This document shows, in pieces, positions 1 through 12,729 of a stretch of DNA of 64,000 nt. The stretch covers positions 1 to 64,000 of the forward strand of contig DF237270.1 of the NCBI GenBank assembly GCA_000708835.1, written 5' to 3'. The first letter of the stretch is position 1, and the number at the start of each line of letters is the position of its first letter. The DNA is from Klebsormidium nitens (lineage: Eukaryota; Plantae; Klebsormidiophyceae). The position numbers and the translations under genes are program-made. Under the pieces are notes generated by a model that ran no database searches, had not been told where the DNA came from, and worked only from the letters and a program-made list of their open reading frames with translations.

Positions 1-969
1 CACTCGAGCAGTGCGGAACCCTAATCTTGAGCAGAGACGTCCAGCTTCGCGGCGGCAGCTCTCCTTTGCTGCTTTTGGCTCAATGGCTCCTTAAAAGGTG
101 CCGTATCTAGCAGCGAAAGCTCAACAGGCGTCCTCATCAACTGAGCGCAACTTAGTGATGGAAGACGTTTTGCGATATCGAGTTGTTGGATCAAGCTGAG
201 ACATCTGTAAAGTCAGCCACCTCGGTTTGCAGGGAGGGGGCAGGGATTTGAATAGAGCTGCCCACAACGGCATTGGCTTCCTGGAGTCGGGCTGGAGTCC
301 CTCTGCAACAGTCAGCAGGCTGTTGTACATTGTTCAGATTGCTGGTCAATAAGTGGACAACAGTCAGCTCAACTGGCTAGTATACAGAACGTTCGTAACA
401 GCGAAAAGAGCCCTGATCAATCTGCTGTAGTCTGAATACTCCCTCCGTGGGTTTCATGTCAGGTAAATTGTATTGGGGAAGAGCAAAATTGACAAGATGG
501 TTCTTCAGGAGTCGTCTAGCAACTCTGCACTCAAGAGGGAGGTGACCTTTCGAGCAGGACCGGAAGGAAATAGCATGGGACCTGATTGCAAGCTGGTGAG
601 ACTGCAAACTTCCAGCTCTTCTTCGTATTATACTTTGGTTCAGAGCTCACACCCAGCAGCTCCTAGCAAATTGAAGTATGCTGGCCGTCAATTTGAGGAA
701 CCGTCGCAGTCGAACGCGTGTGAGAACTGCTTGGTGCTCCTGCTATACACATCATGATGCAAATCACAAAACTTGCTAAGTCAGCTATGACTCACCAGAG
801 TCGAATTGAGCTTCCTCTGACCTTGCAACAAGTTGGCTTTATAAACCTTCAATGCAAAAGCTCAATGTAGGGACAGTTTGCTCCATATGTCATCCAAACA
901 CAAGCACTGCCTGCACCTGTATCTCCCCTGTGTCTTACTTTTCTGACATATGCTAGAGTGCCACTGCAG

Positions 970-3949
970 GTCCTAACGGAGTCCTTGTCCAAACGTAGCC
1001 TGAATCGTTCCAGCTCACGTATGACAAGAACAACTGGCAACCTCGAGACTGATCTGCCAAGACCCGGCCAGCCTACCGATCTGGCTCACATTCAGCGCCT
1101 CCATGCACAGCTCCTGGTAAGTAGGCCCAACGCGTTGTCTCGAAGGCTGGACGTCTCCATCGATGACTGATACCAGCTGCCTGAGATTGAGCTGCTTCGT
1201 TTTGCTTAGTTCCAACACAGGTAGAGGGTGGTTACTGTTCAGTCAGCACCAATTAAGAGGTTTGGGGAGTTCTTTACAGAATTGACACTACGAGTTGCGG
1301 CGTGAAGGGCTCGAGTACCTTGGGAAGCAAGTGCGGTTATGAACTGGTAAACACTGTGTCTGTTGCTAAGAGATTGTGTGTCAATACTCTTTCAGAATGA
1401 AACCTGATCCATTCCCACCCTATCTGCAGGGACGAGTGCAAGCTTTGGCAGACATCGGAAAACTCCAACCCAATGAGATTCGGGAAAACGAGTACCTGAG
1501 GGCCTTCAGATTGCGGCTCTGTAAGGTGCTTTGCTGCTGTTTAGTTTTGAACCACTACTCTGGCTGTCGCACCCTAAGTCTCGCTCCCCTTCTCTGCCTC
1601 ATCTTTGCAGAGCCGATTAGTCTTCTCAGTTGTAAGTATGGCTTGTCCCTTCCTTCTTTGATGGAAGCTCGATCTCCCTAAACTTGTGCCTCCTTACCTA
1701 TCTGCTATATGCCAAAAGGCGTCAATTCCCATTCCAAACTGAGTGTCCGGTGTCATGTTGCCCTTCTCCGTCGAAAAGCGCAAGGTGGTTTTGCTTTGCG
1801 TTTCCATCTGATGAATTTGTCGGTCTTAGTGCAGGTCGAGGAGGAGCTGGCACCTAAAGCGGATGGTCCTAAACTAGACTGGAGACAAGAAGCCTTGACC
1901 ATGGCTGACGAACTCGAACGTACACATGCGTTGGTCTGCCAACTGGAGCACCAACTGAAGGTAACAATCTAACAAGATCAATGAACGTCAATTTCCCAAG
2001 TTTTGACTGGCCCCTATTCGTATGTGGTTTGGTGGTTCGAGGAGCATCACGCAGCTTCAGACTATTGCTCCTCCGAGATGAAAGACGACACCCGTGGACG
2101 CGGCATTCAGACAAAGCCGACTGTTAGGCCTGCACAGTCACAGAAAGTTGCAATAAACTGTCGATGCAGTTGTTCTCTCACTAGCATACTATCTGAGTAA
2201 CAAGTCAGACATGCTTGACAAACATGCCTCTAGAAACCTGGCCTCTGGTCATCCAAGAAATGACAACTAAATTCTGTGCTACTTAGATTACCTTTGATCC
2301 TGACGAGAAATCAGTCACTGACTTCCTCGATGCAGGGGAGGAATGGAGTTGTGACGCTTCGAGGATTCCTCCCCAGAAAAAAGGCAACGCCTCTGGTTTC
2401 TCGCTGAACTTATGAACGATGAGCTTGGGCTCTCGGGCCAATACAAGCGACCTGCTCTTCTTCAAATGATCCGGAACTGACGATCAGTGGTGATCGGTTC
2501 AATCATTCCGAACCTTCAACCCGAGGAGTTAGTAAAAACTAACGGGGTTCCCAGGAAATTTGTCGGGAGGCCATATTGTCCTCCATCCGTTCCGACTGCC
2601 AAAGCGGCTCAATAGGGGCACAGTCTGACTGGCACAAGTATAGGACTGGAGTCTCCCGGACGGTGGCTCATCTTCTTCTCCCTCACGCAGATTCTGCAGG
2701 ATCGCCTGCAGAACGCGCAAACTCAAGCCGCGGAACACGACGAGGAGCACCGGATGGCGTTGCAGCAGGTGGCGTCGTACGAAAAAGAGAACGAGAAGCT
2801 GAAGAAGATGGCCCCCGCCGCACCGAAGCTGTCTCAATCTCAGACGCAATTTTGGAGGGACTCGGCAACAGTCCGGACGGAGAGCCCCACCCCGGCGCCT
2901 TCGACTAGCCGACCTCAAACGGCAGGTACGCCCGGAAAGATCCTGGGGTGACGCCTTTCTGTGAGAGTCGACGAAGGCAATCTCGGTAGAGGTAATCTGT
3001 GGGTTTCAAAGGCAGCAATCGTGATCTCCCGTTCGATGCTTTGCTGAGGTGCCATCTTGCAGAGGCAAAATGCCACTGGTTGTCGCTTCCTGGATGGGGC
3101 CGTGCCTCACCTGCACCAGCGAACGAAACCCTTAGTGCTGAACCGCCTCACTCTTGACCGACCCGAGCGATCGCCTGCGTTCCTTCTGGATGAGGAAGCC
3201 CCAACAGCTGCTTCGGTAGTTTGCATATCCGAGCCGCCGTTGCTAGCTTTTTCGCGCTGTTGGTCCGGACACTGGTCATTTCAAACAACGTCTGTTGAGA
3301 AGGTGTCTGGTCACGTGATGACGTGTCCGTCCGGACGCTTGCAGAGCTGCCCGCTTCGGACCGGCGGCAGCTCGAGGACGCCATCCGGCGGTACAAAAAG
3401 CTGATGGAGGCCGAGTCTCAGAAGGCTCGGGAGGCCAGAGCCGCTCATCTCGCCGGTGAGCAGAGAGGGAAAATTCTGTAGGGCGTTGTGCCAGATGTTG
3501 GTGGAGGGCAGCGGAGCTTTCAAGCTGTTCACGTAGTGCCTGCAAAAGACGCCAAAACCGGGACACACTGAAGAACCGAGCGGAGAGGTCGTGCATTTGA
3601 TCAAATAGTGCGCGTCGATAAGCTTGGGTTTTATTGCTTACTTCCGGTTTGCGACCAGCTTTTGCGGCCCGCTGTTTGTCCTAGCGCTCGTCATGTCTGT
3701 TTCAACAACACTCTTGTACACGCCAACCGCCACTCCTTCGGAGCTTGCTTCGGGCAGAAACGTGACAACTTTCGAAAAAGGATTCATTCACGATCCAATA
3801 GCGGATTTCGAGGGAATCTGCAATTATAATCTAGCCCTCAGCTCATCGATAACTGCGTTATCACAGTCCGTGTGGTGCCTGCAGTGGAAGCGGAGTTTCA
3901 GAAGTTCCGAGAGGCGGTTGGGAAGACTCAGGCGGCTGAAGATCTGTGA
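970..3949 (+). CDS. Hypothetical coiled-coil protein, multi-exon, 5' end unresolved
   Basis: Six exons (about 970-1116, 1430-1525, 1835-1960, 2711-2926, 3345-3455, 3885-3949) have GT-AG boundaries with consistent phases (0,0,0,1,1). They read ...LAHIQRLHAQLL|GRVQALADIG...RLRLCK|VEEELAPK...LEHQLK|NAQTQAAEH...|ELPASDRRQLEDAIRRYKK...|VEAEFQKFREAVGKTQAAEDL*. The protein is E/K/Q/A-rich and helical; no family recognised. Confidence 0.7.
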
Positions 3950-4630
3950 CAAGCTCTTTCATCGTAAAGCCTTTGTTTGATCGAGGGGAACACGAAAGTG
4001 TAAGCTGACTTAGAAAGAGGATCCGACATTGTGACATTGACATGGGCACTCTGAGTGCAGTGCACTTCGGCTACAGCCGCCTGTTTCGGCTGCTGTGAAC
4101 AGCTTACGTCATCTTCACTCTAATCGAGACGGACCAGAATCGGCTCATCGGTCTCGGTTGAGTTGGATTGTGTTGTTCCAGATAGAGTTTCACACTATGG
4201 CAAATTAATGCTGCCCTTGTGCGAGCTGTCGGACATACGTATCCATGCTCATGCACATAAAGGTTAATTCTTCTGTCTTTTGCGTGTGCTATCTGTGCGA
4301 GTACTGCAAGCTCGAAATTTCCTAAGCTCGAAATTTGATTTGTTCGTGAACAGCTCTCGGACAGGAGAGTACGCAAGTTGGCCGGCAGAATATACGACCC
4401 CGGATAACCGGCACCAGGCACATGACGTGCAGAACGTACTCGACGGTTTATCCATGCGCTGCATGCTCATGTCGATCAGAGCCCGCCAATTTCCCCGTGG
4501 CCATATATTGACGGTATATACTGATTTACTGGGGCGAGTACGACAAAGTGGGCTTCGATAAGCTTATCGAGTTGCATGGGTTCACGAATGAGAATGTTTT
4601 CGGCACTGAAAATAATGCTTGAACGCAATT

Positions 4631-4922
4631 CGACCTAACTTAAGCTTCCGTCCGACTTCTTTACGAAAATCTTTTGTCACAGCGCGCGGTATCTTGCATG
4701 GCGCTGATTGACAAGTACCCTGCACACGTACTAAAGCACTAGCCCTGCCACTTGTCTATCTGCTCAATTCGCAAGGCTGGCCGACTTAACTTAAGCTTTA
4801 GCTTGACTTCTTTTCGAAGTTCTTTATGTAGTGCGCGGTATCCTGGCACTGATCGACAAGTACCCTGCATAAATACTAAAGCGCTGGCCCGGCCAACTGT
4901 CTATCTGCTCATTTCGCAGAGC
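4631..4922. repeat. Diverged tandem duplication, unit about 151 bp
   Basis: Both copies begin cgac(c/t)taacttaagctt (4631, 4782) and share gcgcggtatc, gacaagtaccctgca, tactaaagc and tgtctatctgctca in the same order. Confidence 0.85.
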
Positions 4923-4935
4923 TTGCTTCCATGTC

Positions 4936-7900
4936 CTAAAAGTCAAGCTTCAAGCTTGATGACCCCGACTGGAAGGGGATGGTCAGCGCAATAATCTGCG
5001 CCGTGCCCTCGTAAGTAAACGGCGTTACCGCTCCATTCAAGGTGCATCGCTGTGGCTTCGCCGAAGCGTACACTACGAACTTTCCCCCTCCGACAAGGTC
5101 GATTTCTACGGCGGCCCGTTCCCGTAGCGCCAAGCTGTGGACGGCGCCCCCTCCGTTGTACATGTCAACCAAACCCACCGCTGCAACGTGTGTGCCGCAG
5201 GGGAGAGCGTGCACGGGAGCGAGGGTGAAGACGTCATACTCTTTCGCGGGGAGAGCGAAGGGTACTCCGCTGTCCGCTGATACACGGGTCACGGTGGCAT
5301 GCTGCAGGCTGTAGACGACGAGGTCTCCGGTCCAATGGGGCCCTGCCAGCTGGGCTAACCCGGGGATGTCCGCACCGCCTACAGTGCCGCTGACGGGGCC
5401 TGGCGCTGAGTCGTGGACCACCTGCACCTTCTCCACGGCGCTCCATGCAGCACCCTGCACCATAGTTTGATGCATCTTTGAAGAACTCGGCGAGCGACGC
5501 GGTGGGACTGCGGCATTATCTAGGTATCTATCATGCAGAACTCAACTTGCATGCGACTAATCAAGCACAGAAGTTCCGATGCGCCAGCAGCGCCGACCAG
5601 GATCAGCGGCGCACCGCAACAGACACAGGAGAAAGCAAGAGGCATGGAAAAGTGAGGGATGGAGCTGTGTGGCTCGCGGCGCAAACCAATGCATCGCTGA
5701 TGTAGGTCAGCAGGATCAACCTTGCTTTCGAGGGCCACCAGATTTTCGGGAGGAGCAGCTTTCCCGGAAGCAATACGGATCGAATACAGTGTATTACACT
5801 GCCTTCCGAGTTCTATCCTCTCACAATTGCAGCACCTTACCTGGCAGTTGAACGCCCCCACGACGGCTGTGGTAGCGTTCATGTTCCAAATCTTGAGCGG
5901 AGTCTTCTGGTCACTGCAGGGGTCGGCGAACAGGCAATCCACCGTGGGGCGCCCAGGCAGGCGGGCGCGCAGCACCCGACCGTCGGGCAGCACCAGCTTG
6001 CGCAGAACGTCGGGGTCGTGCTCGCCTGCAGGACGGAAAGGTAAGAGTATTGGCCCTGATTCCGGAATTTTGCAATTCCGGACGGGAAGAGCAGAAATGT
6101 TATTCCGGACATATTAAAGCAGTGTACCGAGCAGGTCAGGATTTTCACAAGTTCCAATCTCGGCTTGTAGGAACCCTGTTCCGGACACCGTGTGTCAACC
6201 TACCGACTGAACTTGTTAGGTCCGGAATAAGCTTTTTGCGCTGCCCGTCCAAAGTAGCAAATCTTCGAGATTAGGGGCGATACTCTTACTTTAGATGTAA
6301 CGAAGATGCGATGAAGATTCAACCTTCGACTTCACGGATTTCTGATTCCAAGAGACAAACAGCGTTGAAGGAGAGACTGCTTTCGGCAGATCAAAGACTC
6401 AAGTTTCGGGACGAGTTTGAGCAAAGTCAAAAAAATCAAGAAACCCCTGGGAAACTAAGTAGAAGGTCCCCGTTCCTTCCGGCTCGTTGTGCGGCTCCTG
6501 ACACAGAGAAGAACGTGAGTAGCAGAAGCGGCATGCAGCGGTGGTGGTCAAACTCGGGCACCTTAAACTCGCACCCAAGATCTTGCACGGAGAGTCTGCA
6601 TCTCATGAAGTGCGAAATATACGGAAATCGACGATATACCATACCCCCCGCCTTTTTGGTGAGTATCGAACACTCCGTCAGAAACACCATCTTGGATGCG
6701 AGGTTAAAGGTCCGAGAAAGGTGGTGACCTCAGGTCACGATCTTGGCCTTACCTGGATGGTCGGATACATAGACGGCGCAGCCCGCAACGGCGCGCGCGG
6801 CGGCGTGGTAGTGCGCCATGGGGTGGCGCGACTGGAACATGTCCCAGTCGGGCGTGGTAAAGTCGCCCATGAACACGCTGACGTACGCGCACGCTGCCAC
6901 GTGGATGGTGTGGCTGGCCGGGTCCCACGGCCAGAAGTCGTCGCTGGCGCGTGCGGTGTTGACGGTGCGCGATGTGTACAGCGCGTCGTTGCCGTGGCTC
7001 ATGGACGAGATGGCGTCGTTGTCCGGGAAGTGCGCCGCGACCGAGGCCGCGAGCGCGGTCTGGTACGCGGCGGTCAGCGCGACGCGGCCGCCGAAGTGCT
7101 CCGCGAGCGTCTCCAGTGCGCACTGCACGTCCACCTTCACACCGTCCACACCTGCCCCACAAGACTTCAATTTAGGTAAAGTAAGCTTTAGGTAAAGTAA
7201 GCTAACCAGCCTGGGACGGGTGAGGATAGGTTGGGGGTTTAGGGTGGGTACGGGTGCGGAGCGGGTGATTTCAAGGGTTAGGTTTTCAGTGTAAGAGCAG
7301 CAACTTCCTTTACCTAGAGTTTATTTTACGTAAAACGAAGAGACATACCTGCCCCCGCCAGATACCCGTATTGTGCGGTGTAAAAAGCCGCCACCTGGTC
7401 GGGCGCCATGACTCCCACGGCGCGCGCTCCGGAGTGATAGTGGGCCATAGGGTGGTGCGACAGAATTCTGTCCCCGCCCGGCGCCATGACTTCCGCCCCG
7501 AACGCCTCAATGTCCTTTGGCGCTGCGTCCGGCTGATTCGCACGCACGCCCGCCGACACGACCGGGGTATGCAACGTGGATCCATACAGGCCGGGGCGAA
7601 CGCCGCCCCCTGCAAACGGGGGGAAGAAGACTCGAGCACCTTAAACACGCACCCAAAGCCAGTCTGCATCTCATAAGGTGCGCAATCTACCGAAGTCGAC
7701 GACGTACCAATTTCCCGGCCTTTGTGGGAACTATCGAACCAACCGTCGAAAACAACATTTTGGGTGCGAGGTTAATGGGCCTGGGAGAGGGCAGCGAGCT
7801 GAGCGAGAGAACGATAAAAAGATTGACAACTTGAGACATTACAGAGTTCGACGCTTCTGCGATTGAAAGGACTTTGCACACCGTGTCGAGCTGAGGAGAG

Positions 7901-10900
7901 GGGCAGGGGTGTGCAACTTCTAACGCTCAAAGGATAAGAGGACGTGCATTCTTCCACTTCGAGCCAAACCTATCAAGTTGCAAAACTGGTGATCAAGACA
8001 AACCCCTCCGCTTCGAGCAAAACACTTGGATGCGACTTCGTTACACATTGTGGTGACTGCATCAGGCCGTCTTCGTTAGACTGTAAGGAAGGTCTAGCTG
8101 CTCACAATATCCCCCCAGTGCATGCCACACGAGCACTTTCTTCACCCCCAGCTCCGCCTTTAGCTTGCGGATGAACGCCCGCAGGTTCTCGGGCCTGCGT
8201 TCGTCCTCCTCAGCGCTACCCGCCTGCCCCTTCCGAAACTTGCTGTTCTCCTCCACACTGACCAGCCGCATGCTTGCCCTGCAAGAAGCAGGCAAACAAA
8301 TTCGGAGCAGTGCAGGTGCTTGACCTCCTCGACAGGAACAAAAGGATGGGTCGTTAGTAACCTCAACAGATGCTTGGACCGATAACGCAAGGGCACTGCA
8401 AGTAGGTCGTAGTAGCAAAATACTTTGTTGACGTTCAAGGTCTACCGCTGCCTAGCATTCGTGCACTTGTCAGGTGCTGTGCCAGCGTGCTCAACCGAGG
8501 TACAGGCCCATCAGAAACTTTATCCCCGCGGCAGATGGGGCTTTTCAGTGGCCCAAAAGGTGCCCACCAGATTGGCGCCAATCAAGAGCACCTTTTATGT
8601 CTTGGGCGAGTAAGTGACGCCCAAATGGCACAGGCCTTGTGGGCGTCAAGTACAAGGTGCAGTACAAGGTGGTGCCTTTCGGACAAACGAAAAGACAACT
8701 TTTATAGACATGTCAACACAACTCTTCGGCACGGGCTTAAATGGCACATTCTAGGCGTCAATCTACCAGGGGGTGAGCTTTGTGATGCAGGGCAGGCTGC
8801 CTTACTGTATGGTAAAGGGGGGGTCGAGCTGCAAGCCATCCTCCCCGTCAGCCGCCACCGACTGCCAGCCGTCGTCAATGATGAGGAAACCCGGAGGCGC
8901 CCCAGCCTCACGCAGGCTGCAACAGAGGGCAATTGTCGAAGTGGAAGCAGCAGAGAACCGTTGTTTAGAGGGAGAAGGGAAGACGGAGTCAGCAGATGTT
9001 GCTGCAGGGCCGTAATCAGCCGAGATAGTGTTTCTGGGACAATCTCTGCGCACGTGGATAGATTCCCGCCGTCCAAACCCCTGGCAGAACCTAAAAAGGA
9101 GATTGGGTGATCCTACGTGAGAGTCGAAGGAGCCGGCCTATAGAGGCAGCCCTTCCAGCACCAGCAAATATGCATGCTCGCTGCGTTCCAACTCTTGTGA
9201 CTAAAGCATCGTCAGACAAGGGTATGTCCGTCCCCTCGGTAGTATAGGCTCTCTGCAGTCACGATGGCATCTACTCACCTCTTCAGCCCTTGTTCGATAC
9301 CAGCAGCATGCACCTTGGTGTAAAAAGCATCTGCATTTGGTTTCGAGATGTCAGTATACCATCATCTTGTATAAAATGGGCTAGAAGCAGAAGCACTTTC
9401 ACAACATAGCTGTGAGCATCTCCAAGCTTGGGGCATTTTGCCACAGCTCAAAGTGAACAAGTCCGGCCTCTTTTCACTAGGAGGCAATGAAGCGAGAAGG
9501 TCATCACCCGAGCCTTGTAGTCTGGAGACATGATGCTAGAGAAGAAGGTAAAGAGAGGTGGAACTGCGTCTTAGCGGTTTCCTGTTGAAGCGCTTGTGCT
9601 GAAGCACTCACCCCACGTGCACCAACCGAAGTATGATAGCATCCCTGGAATCTGCACAAAGCAAGAAGGTGACGAGGTAAGTCCCTCGAGCAGGTGTGGC
9701 TCATGTGGGTTCTCAGGTCGATGATGCAGAATCCGATCGCCAACAGGTTGTGGCCCTTATTTTTGCAAAAAATACCCCTTGCAATCTATTGAAGATGCAC
9801 TCCTTCCCAGGGACATGACCAGTTTCTGCGATGGGCTAATGCCACCTCTCTCTGAGGAATATTCTCAATCTTTGCAAGAAAATTAGAGCAGACGTCAAGC
9901 AAGGAAAGTTTGGCTATATTTAAGAACAGAAGCAAACAGTCCATGTCTGAGCTTGCAGGAGAAACTCTATGTTGGCATTGTTGCAAGGCCTCAAAGACTG
10001 TGGCAATCTTCCAATCTCAGCTTACCTTTTTCTGTGTGCGTGTTTGGAAGCTTTTGAGATGCTTTGCAACTTCCTCGACGCCCTCCTTGATGGCAGTGTA
10101 CGGGTCCTCAGCGTGGCTGCCAATGTAAGCAACGGCCTTGAAGTGGGACTCGGTTACAGATGTACTCCCTTCAAATCAATCACAGCATGGCTCCCAATGT
10201 AAGCAACGGCCTTGAACTGGGACTCGCTTACAGATGTACTCCCTTCAAGTCAATCACAGCAAAGTTGACCCGTCATTGACTTCATGTCAAGCACCACATC
10301 GACCAGCTTCAAGTTTAGAGAGGCCGTGTCAAGCATTGAATAGCTGCTGCCACGTTTAGATGAGGACTCAAACGTAGCCGCTGATCAACAGCGTGCCCGC
10401 CGACAGCCTGTTACTTGCCCAATCTTGGAAAGACAGACGTCTCTCTTTTGCAAAAAGATGGGTCCCTTCTTACCTGATTCAACAACAATCTGGATCCGAT
10501 CATTGGGGCCACCTTGAAGGCAAGCCCGAAAGCGGCCTTCTATGATTGGAAAAAGTACTACATAGGTGGGCTTGTCAGCTGTGTGGGTGCCCTTCAGTTC
10601 GAGTAGAAGGAACTGCGTCTCGGGCGCAACACTTGATCCATTGTCAGCGGTCCGCTGACGTTGCCACCACAACTTGAAGCGGAATGATGAAAGAAAACGA
10701 GTGGCCCTGCAAGACAACATGGGTGGTCAACATCCATTCGCAAGAGGAGATTGAGTGTTGAGACTGACGTAAGCGCCCGAAAGTTGATGGAAGGGAATTC
10801 AGTTCAAACAAAGAACTGATCTGAAACTCCCCTTTCCTGCAGGCCAGCATGCAGCCACTCAGCCTACCCAACAAAGCCTATGCAACATGTCTAAACAAAG

Positions 10901-11358
10901 TGGATAACCAAATCAGGCTAGAGTGAGCTGGCAGCAAGCTCTTCTACTTCTGAGACCCATCAGCAATGTTGATCAGCAGGGAGGTCTTGCGCATGTAGCC
11001 CCCTGGTGTCAGCTCGTTGCATCAGAGACATCAGATGACAGCAACCTGGTCAGGTTGGTTGTCGCCGCTTGAGCCTCTATGGCTCCTATGAGACTCTAAT
11101 ATTATATCATTCAAGAACTGTTTGGTTGATCAATTGATGGCAATGTCAAGGTAAGGTGCATTACACTCACGTTAATGTTCCCAAATCAAACTCATGAGCT
11201 GAGGCCGCTTGGTGAGCAGTCACTCCTATGAATGCCCCCACGCCGGTAGGGCTTGGGGATACGGTCACGTTGGCGGCAACATTGCGCAGGACGATCTTGC
11301 CTCCCACCACAAGATGTCCACTGCGGACTTCGACTCTCCTATCCAATTGCTGCTCCAT
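4936..11358 (-). CDS. Raffinose synthase / seed imbibition protein (GH36 alkaline alpha-galactosidase/galactosyltransferase family), 11 exons
   Basis: Exons about 11358-11171, 10706-10477, 10168-10027, 9651-9612, 9330-9279, 8917-8795, 8279-8103, 7609-7349, 7151-6753, 6025-5841, 5454-4936 join in phase. Family motifs seen: [103 protein letters not shown]. Confidence 0.95.
6080..6250. mobile_element. Fold-back / MITE-like element in intron
   Basis: Imperfect inverted repeats of about 31 bp: ggacgggaagagcagaaatgttattccggac (6080-6110) versus gtccggaataagctttttgcgctgcccgtcc (6220-6250). The motif ttccggac also recurs internally. No clear TSD. Confidence 0.55.
6558..6713. mobile_element. MITE-like element, copy 1 of a family repeated at 7636-7781
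   Basis: TIR-like ends gcaccttaaactcgcacccaag ... cttggatgcgaggttaaaggtcc. The interior aligns with 7636-7781. Confidence 0.65.
7636..7781. mobile_element. MITE-like element, copy 2
   Basis: Ends gcaccttaaacacgcacccaa ... ttgggtgcgaggttaatgggcc. Shares agtctgcatctcat, tcgacga and tatcgaac with copy 1 in the same order (roughly 70% identity by eye). Confidence 0.65.
10113..10260. repeat. 74-bp tandem duplication spanning the 3' splice site of GH36 exon 3
   Basis: Two near-identical units ccaatgtaagcaacggccttgaa...ttacagatgtactcccttcaa.tcaatcacagc with period 74. Confidence 0.9.
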
Positions 11359-12583
11359 AAGTCCTGTGCTAACAAATGAAGCAAGCGCTAGCCAGCAAAC
11401 AACCCGCTGATGTCGTTTCTGCCGCTGTCGCCGTCAAGCAAGTTGCGGTGTAACTGTGGAGAGTGAGTCCCTCAGCTTGACAGCATTGACACGGTTCAGC
11501 TTTCAGATACCAGGGACAGCCCATGCAAACTCAACCAACCCGAGCTGGAGCTGGCTTTTTTCTCCAAGATCTGGAAGGAGCGTAACCAACTCATCAATAC
11601 CAACGCTTGGTCTTTCATTTCTAGGACAAAAGCAATCTAAACCGAGAATCGTCAGCAGTTCCATGACGGCAATCTTGCGAGTAAATCACTATGCTGGCCA
11701 TTCCCCCGCCATTTCTGGCCTTGACTGCCTCGATTGAAGCAGGCCTGTTCAATGCTGAACAGAACTTTCAGCTCTCCAGCGAAGTACAAATGTATGAGCT
11801 CCATAATATGCTATGTACAGCCCTTGATCAATACAGGAGCCTGGTCATGCACCATGATGCTCATAGGCTATCCCAGAAAGTTACTTCTACAGTAATTTTG
11901 TAAGTTTAAACGGCGGTCGGAGTCACCGACTCAGGGACGGTTTCCCACGCACTTTTGTCTCGGCCGGCCAGCTGCCGGCGCCCCCCCGGTTCTGTCGGCT
12001 CGGTAGTTGGCATTTGGCTCTACCGGCCGGCTGGAATCTGGATGTGTGAGCCCGCGCCAAGCCTGTGCCTGGTGACCGAGTCATCTCCGAATTTTCCCGG
12101 GACTGCATTGAAACCCAGGGCCACTGCCTGGAGGCCCCGGGGGCTTGACCGTCGAGGGACCTGGCTTGTAACCAGGGTTTATTTTCTGGCTTTCGCCTCT
12201 GGTAGGGGCGCTCGGAGTCCCTGGTTATGCGGGGTCGGGTTAGATCCACTGTGCTGTAGCTGGGGAGTCGAGTTGCGTCAATTCTTCCGTCCCCCTTCCG
12301 TCAAGGCAGACTTTTCTCCTGGGAGTCCTTGGCCCCATGGCCCTGGGCCTTGCAGGGATTCGCAGTACTCCTTCGCCTCTCCCTTACACCAGGTAGGTAG
12401 GTACCATTGATTATCGCCCGTCCGGGTTTTTCGCTCAGCCATTTTGCCGGGAGCCATCAGAAATGTTTCGAAGTCGAATCACGTGGCGGGGAGATATCAC
12501 TGATATACCCCGCCGCGGAGGGATATATCAGGAATCTCTTAGCATGTTCGACGGCGATGCCATATCCAGACTCAGCGATAAGC

Positions 12584-12729
12584 GAGTTATACCATTCAAG
12601 CTCGACGATATCGAAGGTTTCTTGTCGACCTCGAGCTTGATATCCCCCTCGGGGCTCCGCCCTCGGGGAGATATCAGCTCTCATTCGACGCGAAACCATC
12701 GATATCGCCGAGCTCTCATGGTATAACTA
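12584..12729. repeat. About 145-bp imperfect palindrome (long hairpin) in the divergent intergenic region
   Basis: The left arm gagttataccattcaagctcgacgatatcgaaggtttc...gagcttgatatcccc pairs with the right arm ggggagatatcagctc...gaaaccatcgatatcgccgagctctcatggtataact (about 70-bp arms). Confidence 0.75.

Noticed and set aside
6541-7179. 212-aa plus-strand ORF and other long antisense ORFs over GH36, MFS and H+-PPase exons
   Set aside because: These are expected from high GC at third codon positions; no independent motifs.
8487-9110. 207-aa plus-strand ORF
   Set aside because: It is antisense to a GH36 exon and intron, with no family signal.
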